Assembly: GCA_903900265.1 (NCBI GenBank)
Contig: CAIUMM010000015.1
Coordinates: 93,438 to 157,437 of the forward strand
Source of the DNA: an uncultured Pseudomonadota bacterium
GTDB taxonomy: Bacteria > Myxococcota_A > UBA796 > SXON01
Reading direction: 5' to 3'
DNA: 64,000 nucleotides
The notes below the pieces were generated by a model, which worked only from the letters and a program-made list of their open reading frames with translations, had not been told where the DNA came from and ran no database searches. Made by a program: the position numbers and the translations under genes. Below are positions 45,241 through 52,867 of the stretch, piece after piece; within the stretch, counting starts at the first letter, position 1; every line of letters begins with the position of its first letter.

Positions 45241-46509
45241 TCAGGCGATCGGCAGGGTCTCGCCTCCGTAGGTGCAGGACCACACGCCGTCCGTCTGCGA
45301 GAACGATGCATCGAGCCCGGACTCGGTGGAGGTGGTGACCACGATGATTCGGCAGCCGCGCGCCGGAAGCCGCCATGCGTCCAGCGGCGTGTCGAACGCC
45401 GGCACCACCACGATGACGGCCGGCCGAGCCCCGCTGGTGAGCCGCCCCGCGAGCGCCTCGATCTGCTCACGCCCGTCGGACGAGCGGAACACGCTCAACC
45501 CGCGCACCGACGGCACCGGCTCCGAGTTGGCCACCGCGACGACCACCGGATGGTAGGGCGCGAGCGCCGCGATGGTGCGCGCCACCAGCGCCGCCCGGTC
45601 CGGCCTCGCCACACCCCACACCTGCGCCGCCGTGTCGACCCCGGGGGTGCCCGCGCCGAACAGACCGGCGCCTGCCACCCGAAGCGCGTCGTAGTCGAAG
45701 GGGTCCGCGCCCGTATCGTCGGCGGTTCGGCGGAAAAGCAGCACGCCGATGCCCACCAGCGCCATGCCTGCCACAGCTAACGCCGCAAACACGATGGAGG
45801 AGGTCTTGGAGCGGGGACCGGTGGGCAGGTCGAGCTCCGGCACCGACGAGGCCGAGCCCATCATGCCCGGCCCGCCCGTCATGCCCGTCATGCCCGCGCC
45901 GCCCGTCATGCCGGGACCGCCCGTCATGCCGGGACCGCCCGTCATGCCGGGGCCGCCTGTCATGCCCGCGCCACCCATCATGCCCGCGCCGCCCGTCATG
46001 CCCGCGCCGCCCGTCATGCCCGCGCCGCCCGTCATGCCCGCGCCGCCCATCATGCCCTTGCCCGCATCTCCGACCTTAGCCTCGGCAGTGATGACCCCGT
46101 CGGTCCAGCGGATGGCAAGCAGGCGGCGCTCCTCTGACGCGCTCCACTTGACCGGAGGGGCGTCCGCGGATTTGCCGTCTACCTTCATGGAGATGGTGAC
46201 GCCGTCCCCTTCGACGGGGATGAGCGCGCCGAACTCGCTGTCAGCCGGCTTGGTGTCGGGTTCCTTCCCGTCGTCGTGCAGTTCGACCTCGGTCAGGCTG
46301 CCGTCCAACTTCTGCACCACGATCGTGACCTTGGAGCCGCCCTCCACGAGGGCGCGCACGACGGCTAACTTCGGCAGGGACGCAGCCGGCGCCGCGCCAG
46401 AAGCCCCGGCCGGGGCCGCGGTGGACGGCGCCGGGGTGGCAGGCGCCGCCTCGGCGGTGTTCGGCGCCTGCGCGAGCGCCAGACCGAAAATGCCTGCAAA
46501 GATGAGCAT
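45241..46509 (-). CDS. single-pass membrane protein with (G-M-T/M-G-G-A/P)n Met/Gly repeat
   Basis: Signal-like MLIFAGIFGLALAQA. An exported domain carries VELHDDGKEPDTKPADSEF. About 11 hexapeptide repeats follow, then the TM helix IVFAALAVAGMALVGIGVLLF and a cytoplasmic domain of about 190 aa. Confidence 0.65.
   Translation of the reverse strand: MLIFAGIFGLALAQAPNTAEAAPATPAPSTAAPAGASGAAPAASLPKLAVVRALVEGGSKVTIVVQKLDGSLTEVELHDDGKEPDTKPADSEFGALIPVEGDGVTISMKVDGKSADAPPVKWSASEERRLLAIRWTDGVITAEAKVGDAGKGMMGGAGMTGGAGMTGGAGMTGGAGMMGGAGMTGGPGMTGGPGMTGGPGMTGGAGMTGMTGGPGMMGSASSVPELDLPTGPRSKTSSIVFAALAVAGMALVGIGVLLFRRTADDTGADPFDYDALRVAGAGLFGAGTPGVDTAAQVWGVARPDRAALVARTIAALAPYHPVVVAVANSEPVPSVRGLSVFRSSDGREQIEALAGRLTSGARPAVIVVVPAFDTPLDAWRLPARGCRIIVVTTSTESGLDASFSQTDGVWSCTYGGETLPIA
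45858..46062 (-). repeat. 18-bp coding tandem repeat (CATGCCCGCGCCGCCCGT-type units)
   Basis: Repeated ..GTCATGCC(C/G)G(C/G)(G/A)CC(G/A)CCC.. units are visible from about 45860 to about 46060. Confidence 0.9.
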
Positions 46510-46552
46510 ACCGCCTCCAGCCGTGAACTAACACGTTCTGTACCCGCTGGTA

Positions 46553-47806
46553 TTACACCAGCAGCGCACCAATGGGCTCGCCAGCCTCCACCGACACGAA
46601 CTCCGCCGGATCCACGTCCGCGAGCGCCAGCAGCGTGGCCCCCACGTGACCGGGCAGCAGCGACGCGCCGCCGTCCGCGACCTCGCCCGTGTCCAGATCG
46701 ACCGGCCGTCCGATCAAGGCGTCGTCGTAGCCGCCGATGGTGCGCCCGCCCGGAAGCCCGCCGCCCAGCAGCATGGCCGAGGTCCAGGTCCAGTGATCCT
46801 TGCCGTTGGAGTGGTTCAGCTGCGGCGTGCGCCCCATCTCCGAGAGCACCACCACCACGGTCTCGTCGAGCAGCGTGCCGCCGGCATCGCCCGACGACGA
46901 CGCGAGCCGCGTCAGCGTGGCGTCGAGCGAGCGGAACAGCTCCACGTAGAGCGCGTCCTGCAGCGAGAGGTCCGCGTGCGTGTCCCAGCGGCCGTTCCCG
47001 CCGATGCCGAACGCCACAGTGGCCGTACGGCTCAAGCGCCGCTCCAGACAGGAGCACGCGACCGACAGCGCGTCCTGCAGCTCGGAGGTGCCTCCCCGCA
47101 GCGCGTCGACCTCTGGAGCCAACGCCCTGGCCCGATCGAGGGCCAGCAACTCGGCCGACGCGAGCGTGGCGGCCTGCCCGCCCCCCCGCTGATCGGACCA
47201 CCGCTGCACCCGCCGCCGAAGCACGGCGTCCTGCAGCGCCACGACTCCGGGATCGAGAGGCGAAACTTGCAGATCCGACCCGTCCAGCGCGCTGCCGTCC
47301 AGCAGAGACGCCAGCTGGCCGCTGGCACCCAGCCGCACGTGGGCGCTGCCGTAGCGGATCGGGTAGACCGACCCTGAGATGTGCACATTGGGCATGAGCA
47401 GGGACGACGAGCCGTGCCCGGCGATGATGGACACCCAGTCGTCGGTGGAGGAGAGCGCGTCTCCTGTCATCGTCCAGCGGGTACAGACATCGTGCGCCAC
47501 CGATGGTACCTCGACCCCGTTGATGAACACCGTCTGCTCACCCCAGGCCTCCAGGAAGGACGTCACCTCGCGCCGGGAGGTCGAGGCCGTGTAGGCCAGA
47601 TCGCCCACTCGCGCTGGCTCGTCGGCGCGGAGGTGATCGACGCCGCTGCTGAACACCGGCGCGAACACCAGCGCGGGGTCCCAGCCCCCGGGGCAGAACA
47701 CGAACAGGAACTTTCGCCCGTTCACGGTGGGTCCGGCGGCGAGGCGGCGGGGCAGCAGCAGCGCGAGCGCGCCGAGACCCAGAACGGCGCGGCGGGAGGT
47801 GCGCAT
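46553..47806 (-). CDS. DUF1501-family (sulfatase-fold) protein with twin-arginine signal
   Basis: MRTSRRAVLGLGALALL Tat-like signal. GGWDP, GNGRWDTH and NGKDHWTW blocks are typical of DUF1501. Confidence 0.85.
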   Translation of the reverse strand: MRTSRRAVLGLGALALLLPRRLAAGPTVNGRKFLFVFCPGGWDPALVFAPVFSSGVDHLRADEPARVGDLAYTASTSRREVTSFLEAWGEQTVFINGVEVPSVAHDVCTRWTMTGDALSSTDDWVSIIAGHGSSSLLMPNVHISGSVYPIRYGSAHVRLGASGQLASLLDGSALDGSDLQVSPLDPGVVALQDAVLRRRVQRWSDQRGGGQAATLASAELLALDRARALAPEVDALRGGTSELQDALSVACSCLERRLSRTATVAFGIGGNGRWDTHADLSLQDALYVELFRSLDATLTRLASSSGDAGGTLLDETVVVVLSEMGRTPQLNHSNGKDHWTWTSAMLLGGGLPGGRTIGGYDDALIGRPVDLDTGEVADGGASLLPGHVGATLLALADVDPAEFVSVEAGEPIGALLV

Positions 47807-49440
47807 CAGTACGTCCAGAACGCGGGATCGCGCAGCAGCAGGGAGACCGAGCCGATCCAGGCGGTGCGGGCATCAGAGGCCTGTTCGGCCGCAGACCAGA
47901 AGTCCTGGAGCTCGGTCGCCTCCTCCGCCGTGGGAGACGCGCCGATCAGCCGTCGGTGCAGCTCCGCGAGCGCGTCCGGCAGGTCGGCGTCGGGGCGCAG
48001 CGGGTCCGCAAGATCGGTCGGGAGCAGCGTGCGGGCTTCGGGCGCCGCAGCGAGGTCGCGATCGACGCCGTAGGCCGCCGCCGCCTCCGCCACCCGCTGC
48101 ATCGCCACCGCCTGCGACGCTGAGGGCAGGCGGTTCGGGCTGCGCACCGACACGCCGTCCACCCCACCGAGCAGCACGCGGAACCCCAGAGCGTCGCTGT
48201 CGAGCAGGTCCCAGCCGTCCTGGGTCCAACGGAAGCCGGTCAGATCGGCCAGCACGCTGGATAGCGTGGCGGGAGACATCACGCGTACGGTGACCGCGCC
48301 GTCGTCGCGTACGGTGACCGCGCCGTCGTCACGCACGCATGGCGTCGGCGAGCCCGCTCGGTAGGCGGGCGTGGCGAGCACGCCCCGCATTAGCGCGCGG
48401 TAGCGATGATCCCCGGCGGCGAACGTGTCTTGCAGGTCGACCAGCGTGGCAAACTCGTCGTAGTCGGGCTCGCGGCCCCAGAGCCGGGCCGCGGTGCGGC
48501 GCACCGCGCAGGCCTCGAAGCGCGGGTCCGCGGCGACCAGCGGCCCTAACTGCGCCACCGCGTCGATCGGGGTGCCGTACCACCCCGGAGAGGTCTCGAT
48601 CATGCGCTCACCTAGGCGCTCCCGCTCGGGGTGGTACCGGGTCAGCTCGTGCGCGTCCTTGTCCTGAAACGGGTAGAACCCGAACAGCGTGGACGCGATC
48701 GGGTCCAGCGATGCGTGGCAGGCGACACAGCCCGGCTCCGTTTGTACCGCGTTTTCGATCGCATCGTCGGTGGTCGAATCTATCGCGACGAAGTGGACCG
48801 GGCGGGCCAGGAAGTCCTGACAGAGCATCAGCCGGGCGATGGTGTTGGCGCGGCCGCGGTTGTAGTTGAACAGCGTGCTCGGAAAGCGCAGCCACAGCCC
48901 CGAGGTCATCAGCACGCCGCCCGCAGGGCGCCCATCGGTGTAGCGCGCCTCGCGCCAGCCCTGCCCGTCCGGGGCGGTGAACGCGAGCGGCACCAAGCTG
49001 GCCAGATCGTCGTTCGCCATCGTCCAGTCCACCGTGACGGTGTCGGACCAGGGACGGTCCTCGGCGGCCACGCGGGCGAGAATGCGCGCCGGCTCGTCGT
49101 CGAACGCCCGCGAGAAGTCCGCTGCGTTTAGGTCGGAGCCCAAGTCGGAGCCGAAGGACTCCGCGTCTACGCGGAGCTCATCCACCCGCAGCGCCCAGTC
49201 CTCCGCGAACGCGTCCACCAGATGGGACTCGAAGGCCGGGCTCGCCAGCCACTCCTCCCGCAGCCGGTCCACCTCCACGGCTCCCTGCTCCGCGCGCTCC
49301 AGCTCCTCGACCGACGGAACCACGCCCCGCACGTCGATGCTGATCCGGCGCGCCAGCGCCGCGCCCTCGAGCGGCACCGTGAGCTCAACGACCGACGGGG
49401 CCGACGGCTCCGCACAGGCCAGCAGCAGCAGCACAATCAC
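47806..49440 (-). CDS. large exported CxxCH-containing protein (planctomycete DUF1588/DUF1592-like partner of DUF1501)
   Basis: Start trimmed to GTG 49440 (VIVLLLLAC lipobox-like), overlapping the upstream stop as GTGA. Contains the CVACHASLDPIASTLFGFYPF heme-c-type motif. The stop shares a base with the DUF1501 ATG. Confidence 0.7.
   Translation of the reverse strand: MIVLLLLACAEPSAPSVVELTVPLEGAALARRISIDVRGVVPSVEELERAEQGAVEVDRLREEWLASPAFESHLVDAFAEDWALRVDELRVDAESFGSDLGSDLNAADFSRAFDDEPARILARVAAEDRPWSDTVTVDWTMANDDLASLVPLAFTAPDGQGWREARYTDGRPAGGVLMTSGLWLRFPSTLFNYNRGRANTIARLMLCQDFLARPVHFVAIDSTTDDAIENAVQTEPGCVACHASLDPIASTLFGFYPFQDKDAHELTRYHPERERLGERMIETSPGWYGTPIDAVAQLGPLVAADPRFEACAVRRTAARLWGREPDYDEFATLVDLQDTFAAGDHRYRALMRGVLATPAYRAGSPTPCVRDDGAVTVRDDGAVTVRVMSPATLSSVLADLTGFRWTQDGWDLLDSDALGFRVLLGGVDGVSVRSPNRLPSASQAVAMQRVAEAAAAYGVDRDLAAAPEARTLLPTDLADPLRPDADLPDALAELHRRLIGASPTAEEATELQDFWSAAEQASDARTAWIGSVSLLLRDPAFWTY
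48283..48330 (-). repeat. perfect 24-bp in-frame tandem duplication
   Basis: GCGTACGGTGACCGCGCCGTCGTC x2, encoding ..VRDDGAVT VRDDGAVT.. Confidence 0.95.
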
Positions 49441-50315
49441 TGCGCCCCCCAGCTCTGCGCGAACGACGAGGTCAGGCGGTCGCGCACCACGCCGCCGATG
49501 CAGGTCTCGCCGCGTACGTCGTCGCCCCACGCGACCGTGCCGCAGCCGCTGCAGTCGTCGTCGAACGCCACGGTCCACCAGCCCGATCCCGGGTCCCGGA
49601 GCTGGAGCTGGCCCGTGGGCCCGTCGCCGCACGATGGGTCCAGCGTGATGCCCGTCATGTCCAGCTGTACGTCGCCGCTGGCCAGGGGGCCCTCGAAGGT
49701 GCCCTGCAGCCCGCCGGCCTGGGAACCGAAGCGCCCCTGCCAGAGCCCGCCGGCGCTGACGCCGTTGGCCAGCGGCCCGTCTTCGCCCTCGTCCAAGAAG
49801 GTTCCGTCCAGCTCGAGGTAGAAGCTGTCGTCGGACGGATCGGTGCCGAGGATCGAGATCACCTGCCCGCCGCCCTCGATCCGGCCGCCATCCGCGCGGG
49901 TGCCGGCGAACGAGAGCACGAGCCAGGCCCACTGCATCTCCTTGCCGCCGGCCCCTGGAATGTGCCCGTAGGTCGTTACCCAGCCGCCGTCGACCGTCAG
50001 ATCGTCGACCTCGCAGTGCCCGCGCCAGTTGTTGGCCTCCTCGACGGTGGTGCGCGGGTCGGAGGTGAACGCGGACGGACAGCCCTCGCCCCCGGCCGAC
50101 AGCGCGTCTACGAGCCCGAAGAACCACTCCCGCACCGCGAGCGGATGCACCAGCCCCTCGTCCAGCCCGGACGTCACCGTCTGGTCGATGTCGTCGACCG
50201 AGGTGCCCGGCTCCACCGCGGGCGCCGACCAGTCGATGCCGGGCGCACACGGAACCGCCGGCGCTGCGTCTTCTGGCACCGCGACGCAGGCCAACGCCAG
50301 AAGCCACGCCACCAC
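49437..50315 (-). CDS. hypothetical lipoprotein
   Basis: Start trimmed to GTG 50315, one base after the upstream TAG. VVAWLLALAC lipobox. No family recognised. Confidence 0.5.
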   Translation of the reverse strand: MVAWLLALACVAVPEDAAPAVPCAPGIDWSAPAVEPGTSVDDIDQTVTSGLDEGLVHPLAVREWFFGLVDALSAGGEGCPSAFTSDPRTTVEEANNWRGHCEVDDLTVDGGWVTTYGHIPGAGGKEMQWAWLVLSFAGTRADGGRIEGGGQVISILGTDPSDDSFYLELDGTFLDEGEDGPLANGVSAGGLWQGRFGSQAGGLQGTFEGPLASGDVQLDMTGITLDPSCGDGPTGQLQLRDPGSGWWTVAFDDDCSGCGTVAWGDDVRGETCIGGVVRDRLTSSFAQSWGAQ

Positions 50316-50316
50316 G

Positions 50317-50649
50317 CTACAACCCGCACTGCAAGAAGGTGTCCAGCCGGGATAGGTCGTCGTCTGGCACACCCCCGCCTACCGGCATGTCCTGCTGTTC
50401 GAGCACCCGCACCCGCACCCGCGCGGCAAAGGCCCGCACGTCCGCCAGCGTGTCGAAGTCCACGCCATCAGGCGCGCCGTGCCGGTCCGCAGTGGTCGAC
50501 GAGTGGCAGGTGCGGCAATAGCCGCCGAAGAAGCCCGCCCCCCAGTCCTGCCACGTCACCCGTTCCTCGGCGCACGGGTCCGCGCTGTCCGAGCCGGGCG
50601 ACGCGCACGCGATGGCGAACAGAAGCAGCACTTGGTTACCATAGCACAA
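50317..50649 (-). CDS. small c-type cytochrome-like lipoprotein
   Basis: 110 aa (start could be GTG 50631). Lipobox LLFAIAC. CRTCH heme-binding motif, with a downstream DMPVGG as a possible Met ligand. Confidence 0.65.
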   Translation of the reverse strand: MCYGNQVLLLFAIACASPGSDSADPCAEERVTWQDWGAGFFGGYCRTCHSSTTADRHGAPDGVDFDTLADVRAFAARVRVRVLEQQDMPVGGGVPDDDLSRLDTFLQCGL

Positions 50650-50655
50650 CGCCGG

Positions 50656-52248
50656 TCACGGCGCGGCGCCCTCGCCGGGCGCATGGCGGCTTGCAGACGT
50701 CGGATCGACGAGACCCCAGTACCCCTGTCGCCGCAGCGCCTCGACCTCCGCCCCCGACAGCGGCTGCCCGACCGTACCGGCCACGGCCCGTGCCCGCTCG
50801 TCGAGGGTACGCAGCAGGGGCGGGAGCAGGGCGGCCGCGTCCTGCGGCGCCACGTCCACGAGGTTCCGCCTCTCACCGGGGTCGGCCCCCAAGTCGTAGT
50901 ACTCGACCAACACCGACCCGCGCCCGCCGAGCTCACCGCCTCCCATCATCGCGCAGTCGGGCAGGACGAGGTCGGTCAGGCCCTGTGCCTGCAGGAAGTC
51001 GGGGAGCGTGACATGTACCTGGTTCAGGCCTCCGGCTGGGAACCACTCGTCTCCGTCTTCCTGTTGGCGCAGCACCAACTTGCGCCCTCCCCCCGCCCGC
51101 CATGCCACGTGGCACGGGCTCGTCATCGCATAGACCGGGCCTTCGGTGTACGCGCCGGCTGAGAGCCCCAACAATGGCAGCAGCGACTGCCCGACCATGT
51201 CCTGCGCGCGCGGAACGCCGGCGCGCTCCAGTAGGGTCGGCGCCAGATCGGTGTACTGCACCACCGTGGACAGCTCCTGCCCCGACATCTGCGCGCGCGG
51301 GTCGTAGACGATCAGCGGCACGCGGATGGTGCTGTCGTACAGCAGTCCGTGCGCCACGTTCGCGTGCTCGAAGAAGTCGTCCCCGTGATCGGAGGTGACG
51401 ACGACGACCGTGTCGTCCGCCAGCCCGTCCTCTTCAAGCCGGTCGAGGATGGTCCCCACCGCCGCGTCGTAGTACCCCACCATGCGGTCGTAGTGGCGCC
51501 GGATGGCCTCCTGCGCGGCGGCCTCTCCCTGGGTGGCCGAAAGGTGCGCGTAGACGCTCGAGTAGAGCAGGTCCTTCTCGGAGGCCGTTGGCGGGGGAAA
51601 GCCCTCGGCGACGTCCTCTCGGTTGTACAGGTAGGTGTGGTGCATGTTGGCGTCGTGTACCAACGCGAAGAACGGCGTGGGCGCGCGGTCGAGAAAGGTC
51701 AGCACGTCCTCGGTGGGCGGGTCGGGTATGGGCCCCGAAGCGGGCGGCGTTCGTACATAGACGTGTTGGAACCGCGCGCTGAACGGTGAACTGCCGGCCA
51801 CGCCGTAGCCGAAGAACGCGGCGGTGGAGTACCCGTAGTAGCCGAGGATCTCCGGCATCAGGTGGGCCGAGGCCGGAAACCAGGGCACGCTGCGCCAGTT
51901 GGCCCGGGCCGGACTCGGCAGCATGCCGGAGAGCAGCGACGACAGCGCGGGCAGCGTCCAACCGGAGTGGCTGAAGGCGTTCGTGAACCGGACGCCGCGA
52001 CGGGCCAGCGCATCTATATTCGGGGTGTTGGACACGCCGTCACGCACCACGCCGATGTGGTCCCACGAGAGCACGTCGATGTCGATCACCAGGAAGTTGG
52101 GGCCACGCGCCGCGCTGTCGTCCGACGCTGAAAGCTCCAGCGCGATCACGGCGCACGCTCCGACAAGCACCACGCTCGCGCCTACGAGCGCGAGGAGCCG
52201 GTTGCGCATGGGGCGTTTCGGAGCCATCGTCGTCGGGGACAATACCAC
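50656..52248 (-). CDS. sulfatase-fold (alkaline-phosphatase superfamily) hydrolase/transferase, Thr-type active site
   Basis: TM anchor LLALVGASVVLVGACAVIAL. FLVIDIDVLSWDH, and GWTLPALSSLLSG where Cys-type sulfatases have C-x-P-x-R. VVVTSDHGDDF is present. Confidence 0.8.
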   Translation of the reverse strand: MVLSPTTMAPKRPMRNRLLALVGASVVLVGACAVIALELSASDDSAARGPNFLVIDIDVLSWDHIGVVRDGVSNTPNIDALARRGVRFTNAFSHSGWTLPALSSLLSGMLPSPARANWRSVPWFPASAHLMPEILGYYGYSTAAFFGYGVAGSSPFSARFQHVYVRTPPASGPIPDPPTEDVLTFLDRAPTPFFALVHDANMHHTYLYNREDVAEGFPPPTASEKDLLYSSVYAHLSATQGEAAAQEAIRRHYDRMVGYYDAAVGTILDRLEEDGLADDTVVVVTSDHGDDFFEHANVAHGLLYDSTIRVPLIVYDPRAQMSGQELSTVVQYTDLAPTLLERAGVPRAQDMVGQSLLPLLGLSAGAYTEGPVYAMTSPCHVAWRAGGGRKLVLRQQEDGDEWFPAGGLNQVHVTLPDFLQAQGLTDLVLPDCAMMGGGELGGRGSVLVEYYDLGADPGERRNLVDVAPQDAAALLPPLLRTLDERARAVAGTVGQPLSGAEVEALRRQGYWGLVDPTSASRHAPGEGAAP

Positions 52249-52330
52249 ATCCGTCCAAGCGTGCTACGGTCGGCCCAACATGCCGCGGCCACAAAGTCGC
52301 GCGTCGTGCCTACCGCGCGGACCGTGGCGC

Positions 52331-52867
52331 TCAGGGCGGCGTGGTCGGTGTGTTCGGCGGAGCTGTAGCGGGCGCAGGTCGCACGGTCGCCGGGAAGCGC
52401 AGGCCGGCGCGTGCGTAGCCTGCCTCGATGCGGTCGAGCAGCGCGGTCCCCTCCGGCGCGAGGAGCCCGGCCGCTGCCGCAGCCTCGATCTCCTCGTCCG
52501 TGGGCGCGGTCGCGTCGTGCGCGGCGCGCAGCTCCTCGACCAGAGCCTGCAGGACCTTGCGGTCGACGATGAGGTTCGGCAAATCGTCCGTATGGGGTCG
52601 CATGCGGAGGGGGGGGACGTAGGGCGCAGCGTAGACGCGGGGGTCCTGATGGGTGAGCAGCGCGACCAGCTCCGGGAGGTCCAGCGTTCCGCTTCCGTCC
52701 CGATCCACGGCGTCAAAGTCCTGGCCGCGTGCGCGCACGCGCTCGTACTCGGCGCGGTCGACCTGATGGTCTCCGTTCGTGTCCATGCGTTGCAGCGTGG
52801 GCGCCACCGCACCCTCGACGGTCCAGGTGGACTGGTAGGCCAGCAGCCACGCCAACCACAGCAGCAT
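52331..52867 (-). CDS. EF-hand calcium-binding protein (exported/anchored)
   Basis: Two canonical 12-residue loops, DTNGDHQVDRAE and DRDGSGTLDLPE. Hydrophobic N-terminus MLLWLAWLLAY. The ATG shares a base with the upstream TGA. Confidence 0.75.
   Translation of the reverse strand: MLLWLAWLLAYQSTWTVEGAVAPTLQRMDTNGDHQVDRAEYERVRARGQDFDAVDRDGSGTLDLPELVALLTHQDPRVYAAPYVPPLRMRPHTDDLPNLIVDRKVLQALVEELRAAHDATAPTDEEIEAAAAAGLLAPEGTALLDRIEAGYARAGLRFPATVRPAPATAPPNTPTTPP

Noticed and set aside
37720-46062. Possible CRISPR arrays at the short tandem repeats (37720-37860, 45858-46062; also 28053-28100 and 22181-22225).
   Set aside because: The repeats are contiguous with no unique spacers and have 6-18-bp periods. 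They are in frame within ORFs that read through them, and no cas genes are present.
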